DNA of 41,320 nucleotides from NCBI GenBank assembly GCA_000697335.1, contig JNEM01011893.1, positions 1 through 41,320 of the forward strand, given 5' to 3'. The stretch's first letter is position 1; every line of letters starts with the position of its first letter. A model generated the notes under the pieces. It searched no databases and was not told the origin of the DNA. It worked only from the letters and a program-made list of their open reading frames with translations. Positions 38,931 to 41,320 of the stretch are shown piece after piece. The DNA comes from Conidiobolus incongruus B7586 (lineage: Eukaryota). The translations under genes and the position numbers were made by a program.

Positions 38931-41320
38931 AGTTTTTTAATGTCAAAATATTTATAAATAGACATTTGAGGATATGACTAATGTATTTAGAGGGCTTTAT
39001 TGTCTTGGATTTGATTAGATTTGACATATGGGACAGATTTTAGGGAGGATGGGGTAGGAAATCTTTTACCTGATATGCTTGCATATTTTAACAAATATAT
39101 CAAATTCTAAAACAATTCCAAAATAATTAAACAAGTTATAAATTTATTTTAAAACATTATTATCAACACAAATTAATTATATTTATAATGAAAAAAATAT
39201 TATAATATTCTTGTATTTTATAGATTGAAAAGTTTTTAATATTTTTAATCTATTATTAAATAGCTTCACAAAAATGATATATATTTTATAATAATTTTAA
39301 TATTAATTCAATTCCTAATACTTTATTATCAACAAATTATTGTCAAATATTTATTCATTTAGTAATAATCATTATAAGAAACTATTCTGGTTGTAATATT
39401 ATTAATTTATATTATATTATCAATTTTTTATAAATATTGTCTCTATTCATGAATAATTCATTCATTTGAAACTAACTTTAAATATTCAAAGTATTGGACT
39501 AGATAAAGTTACATAAATCAAGTTAAATAGTATTATTATGTTAATTTTCATTTCTAAAAATATTTATTTTATCATGATATATTCAAAAATATATTTTGAT
39601 ATCAATTAAAGACTGAAACTTTTTTAATTTTATAAAATACCAGCAGTATTGGGTTATTTTATCAAATGAGATCAAGTGAATATTTGGAGAAATAGTGTAT
39701 CTATCATTTTTGATGAATATACTTTCTTATAAGAGATTAACAATTTTTGAACTGGAGAAATAAATCTTAGTAAATTGATTTTTAATTTTTTAATTTATAT
39801 TAATTTAATTAGATTATATCTCATCAGTATTGAACAAATCCGAGATTAAATATTATTAACAATCCAATATTAATTATTAATATGTACATCTATCCGAATT
39901 AATTATCTTATTCAGTATTAAATGTTCTTGAAATTTTTATTTTACTAATTAAATATCGGAACAATGATATAAGATATTAAACAATTCTAAAATTCAATTC
40001 ATATATATTAAAATTATATACAACAATTGAATTTTCGATATTTAGTTCATGAATTAATCTATAATGAATTACAAAATATTAGAATTTTGTTATATTTAAT
40101 AAAAATTTGAATTATTCATAAATTCAAGATATATCTCAAAAAGTTGATTATATTAATTTTTAAATTATTGAAGTTTAAAGATATAATTATAAACAGTACA
40201 CGTGATTTAATAATTTTATTTTTATTATATCATAGAGTATAATTATGATATTACATATTTTCAAAAAACTAAATTTGACAGCTTTTTTTATATATGTTTT
40301 TTGTGACAGCTGATAGTCATTTGTTTGAAATGATAGATCACTCCAAAATCTAAAAACAGTTTCTATTGTAAAATCATTATTATAATGATAATATTTTCAA
40401 AATCACCATATTTTAGATTACATTCATAAATTGAATATATTATTGTTATTTAATATTAGCTTATTGAAGAGTTAATATCAAAGATCATATTTAATATATT
40501 TTTCCCCTTTTTAGCAATAGGCTTTATTTAATAATAAATTTTTTATTATTTTAATATTATTCTATATATAATATATTATAATTTGGAATATTTATAAGCA
40601 AATTTTATTAGAATTTATAATATAATAAATTCTAAAAATGATTTCAAATTTGACATACTAATATAAAAACTTGATTTATTTTATTATTAATTGTTTTTAT
40701 TATATATTATTATATAATATTTATATTATAATATAAAATTTAATCTTTAATAAATATATAATTTGTCTATATTAAAATACATTGAAAAATTATTTTAATC
40801 ACTTAGTTTAATTCCTATATTTAGTGTGGAAATTTTAAGGAAAAAAGCCTTGATATTAATTTTAAAAATTTAACTCAACTAATTATTAAATAATAAAGGA
40901 ATATATTTCTAATAATATTGATGTTTTAATTTATAATTATATATTATTGAGGGCACTTGAAAATCTTGCTTAGTTTAAAATATAAATGAAATTATAATAT
41001 ATTTTTCATAAATAATACTTATTATAATTAGTTATCTTATATTAAAAATATTTTTCTATTTTAATTTTGTTAATTTTGTTTAAATTTATAAAAAGATTAT
41101 TTTAATATTTGTTTTATATTTTTAGTAGGTTTTTTTATTATTTTTTAATTTTTTATTATAATCCAGGTTTTTTTTCAATCCAAATCTTATAAATTTTGAA
41201 ATTTAATTAAAATTTAAATTATAATTAAATTATAATATAAATATATAATATAATATATTATATATTTATATTAATCTTTTACCTATAACTTTCATATATA
41301 TATTTATTCAAAAAGATATA

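Noticed and set aside
40944..41320. Possible TIR-like start (tattgagggcacttgaaaatc) resembling 15674-15694
   Set aside because: No partner inverted repeat or transposase motif could be confirmed within the window.
1..41320. CRISPR arrays, operons or other prokaryotic defence systems
   Set aside because: The window has spliced eukaryotic genes throughout, and no regularly spaced repeat-spacer structure was seen.

Overview
AT-rich eukaryotic genomic DNA with many short (~45-135 nt) GT-AG introns. The protein sequences are fungal-like, and an early-diverging fungus is inferred but not proven. Eleven spliced genes can be reconstructed: a PPAT/Cab4-like adenylyltransferase, a CLPTM1-family protein, U1-C, DENR/Tma22, eIF3g, a MATE transporter, proteasome alpha-2, an OPA3-like protein, a Cla4-like PAK kinase, Rpb3 and Eaf3/MRG. 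There is also one tRNA-Leu(AAG). The AT-richest blocks, which the ORF track misses, are dead DNA transposons. Three are ~1.2-1.3 kb DD34D mariner copies and two are long-TIR Tc1-like (DD34E) copies; three of these five form a nested stack at 1-3689. They are saturated with C>T/G>A transitions while reading-frame length is preserved, a RIP-like repeat-hypermutation signature. Other signals are a recurrent ATCCCATAAT/TCCCAYA motif upstream of most housekeeping genes, 5' splice sites dominated by GTAATT rather than GTAAGT, and an N-terminally extended Rpb3.
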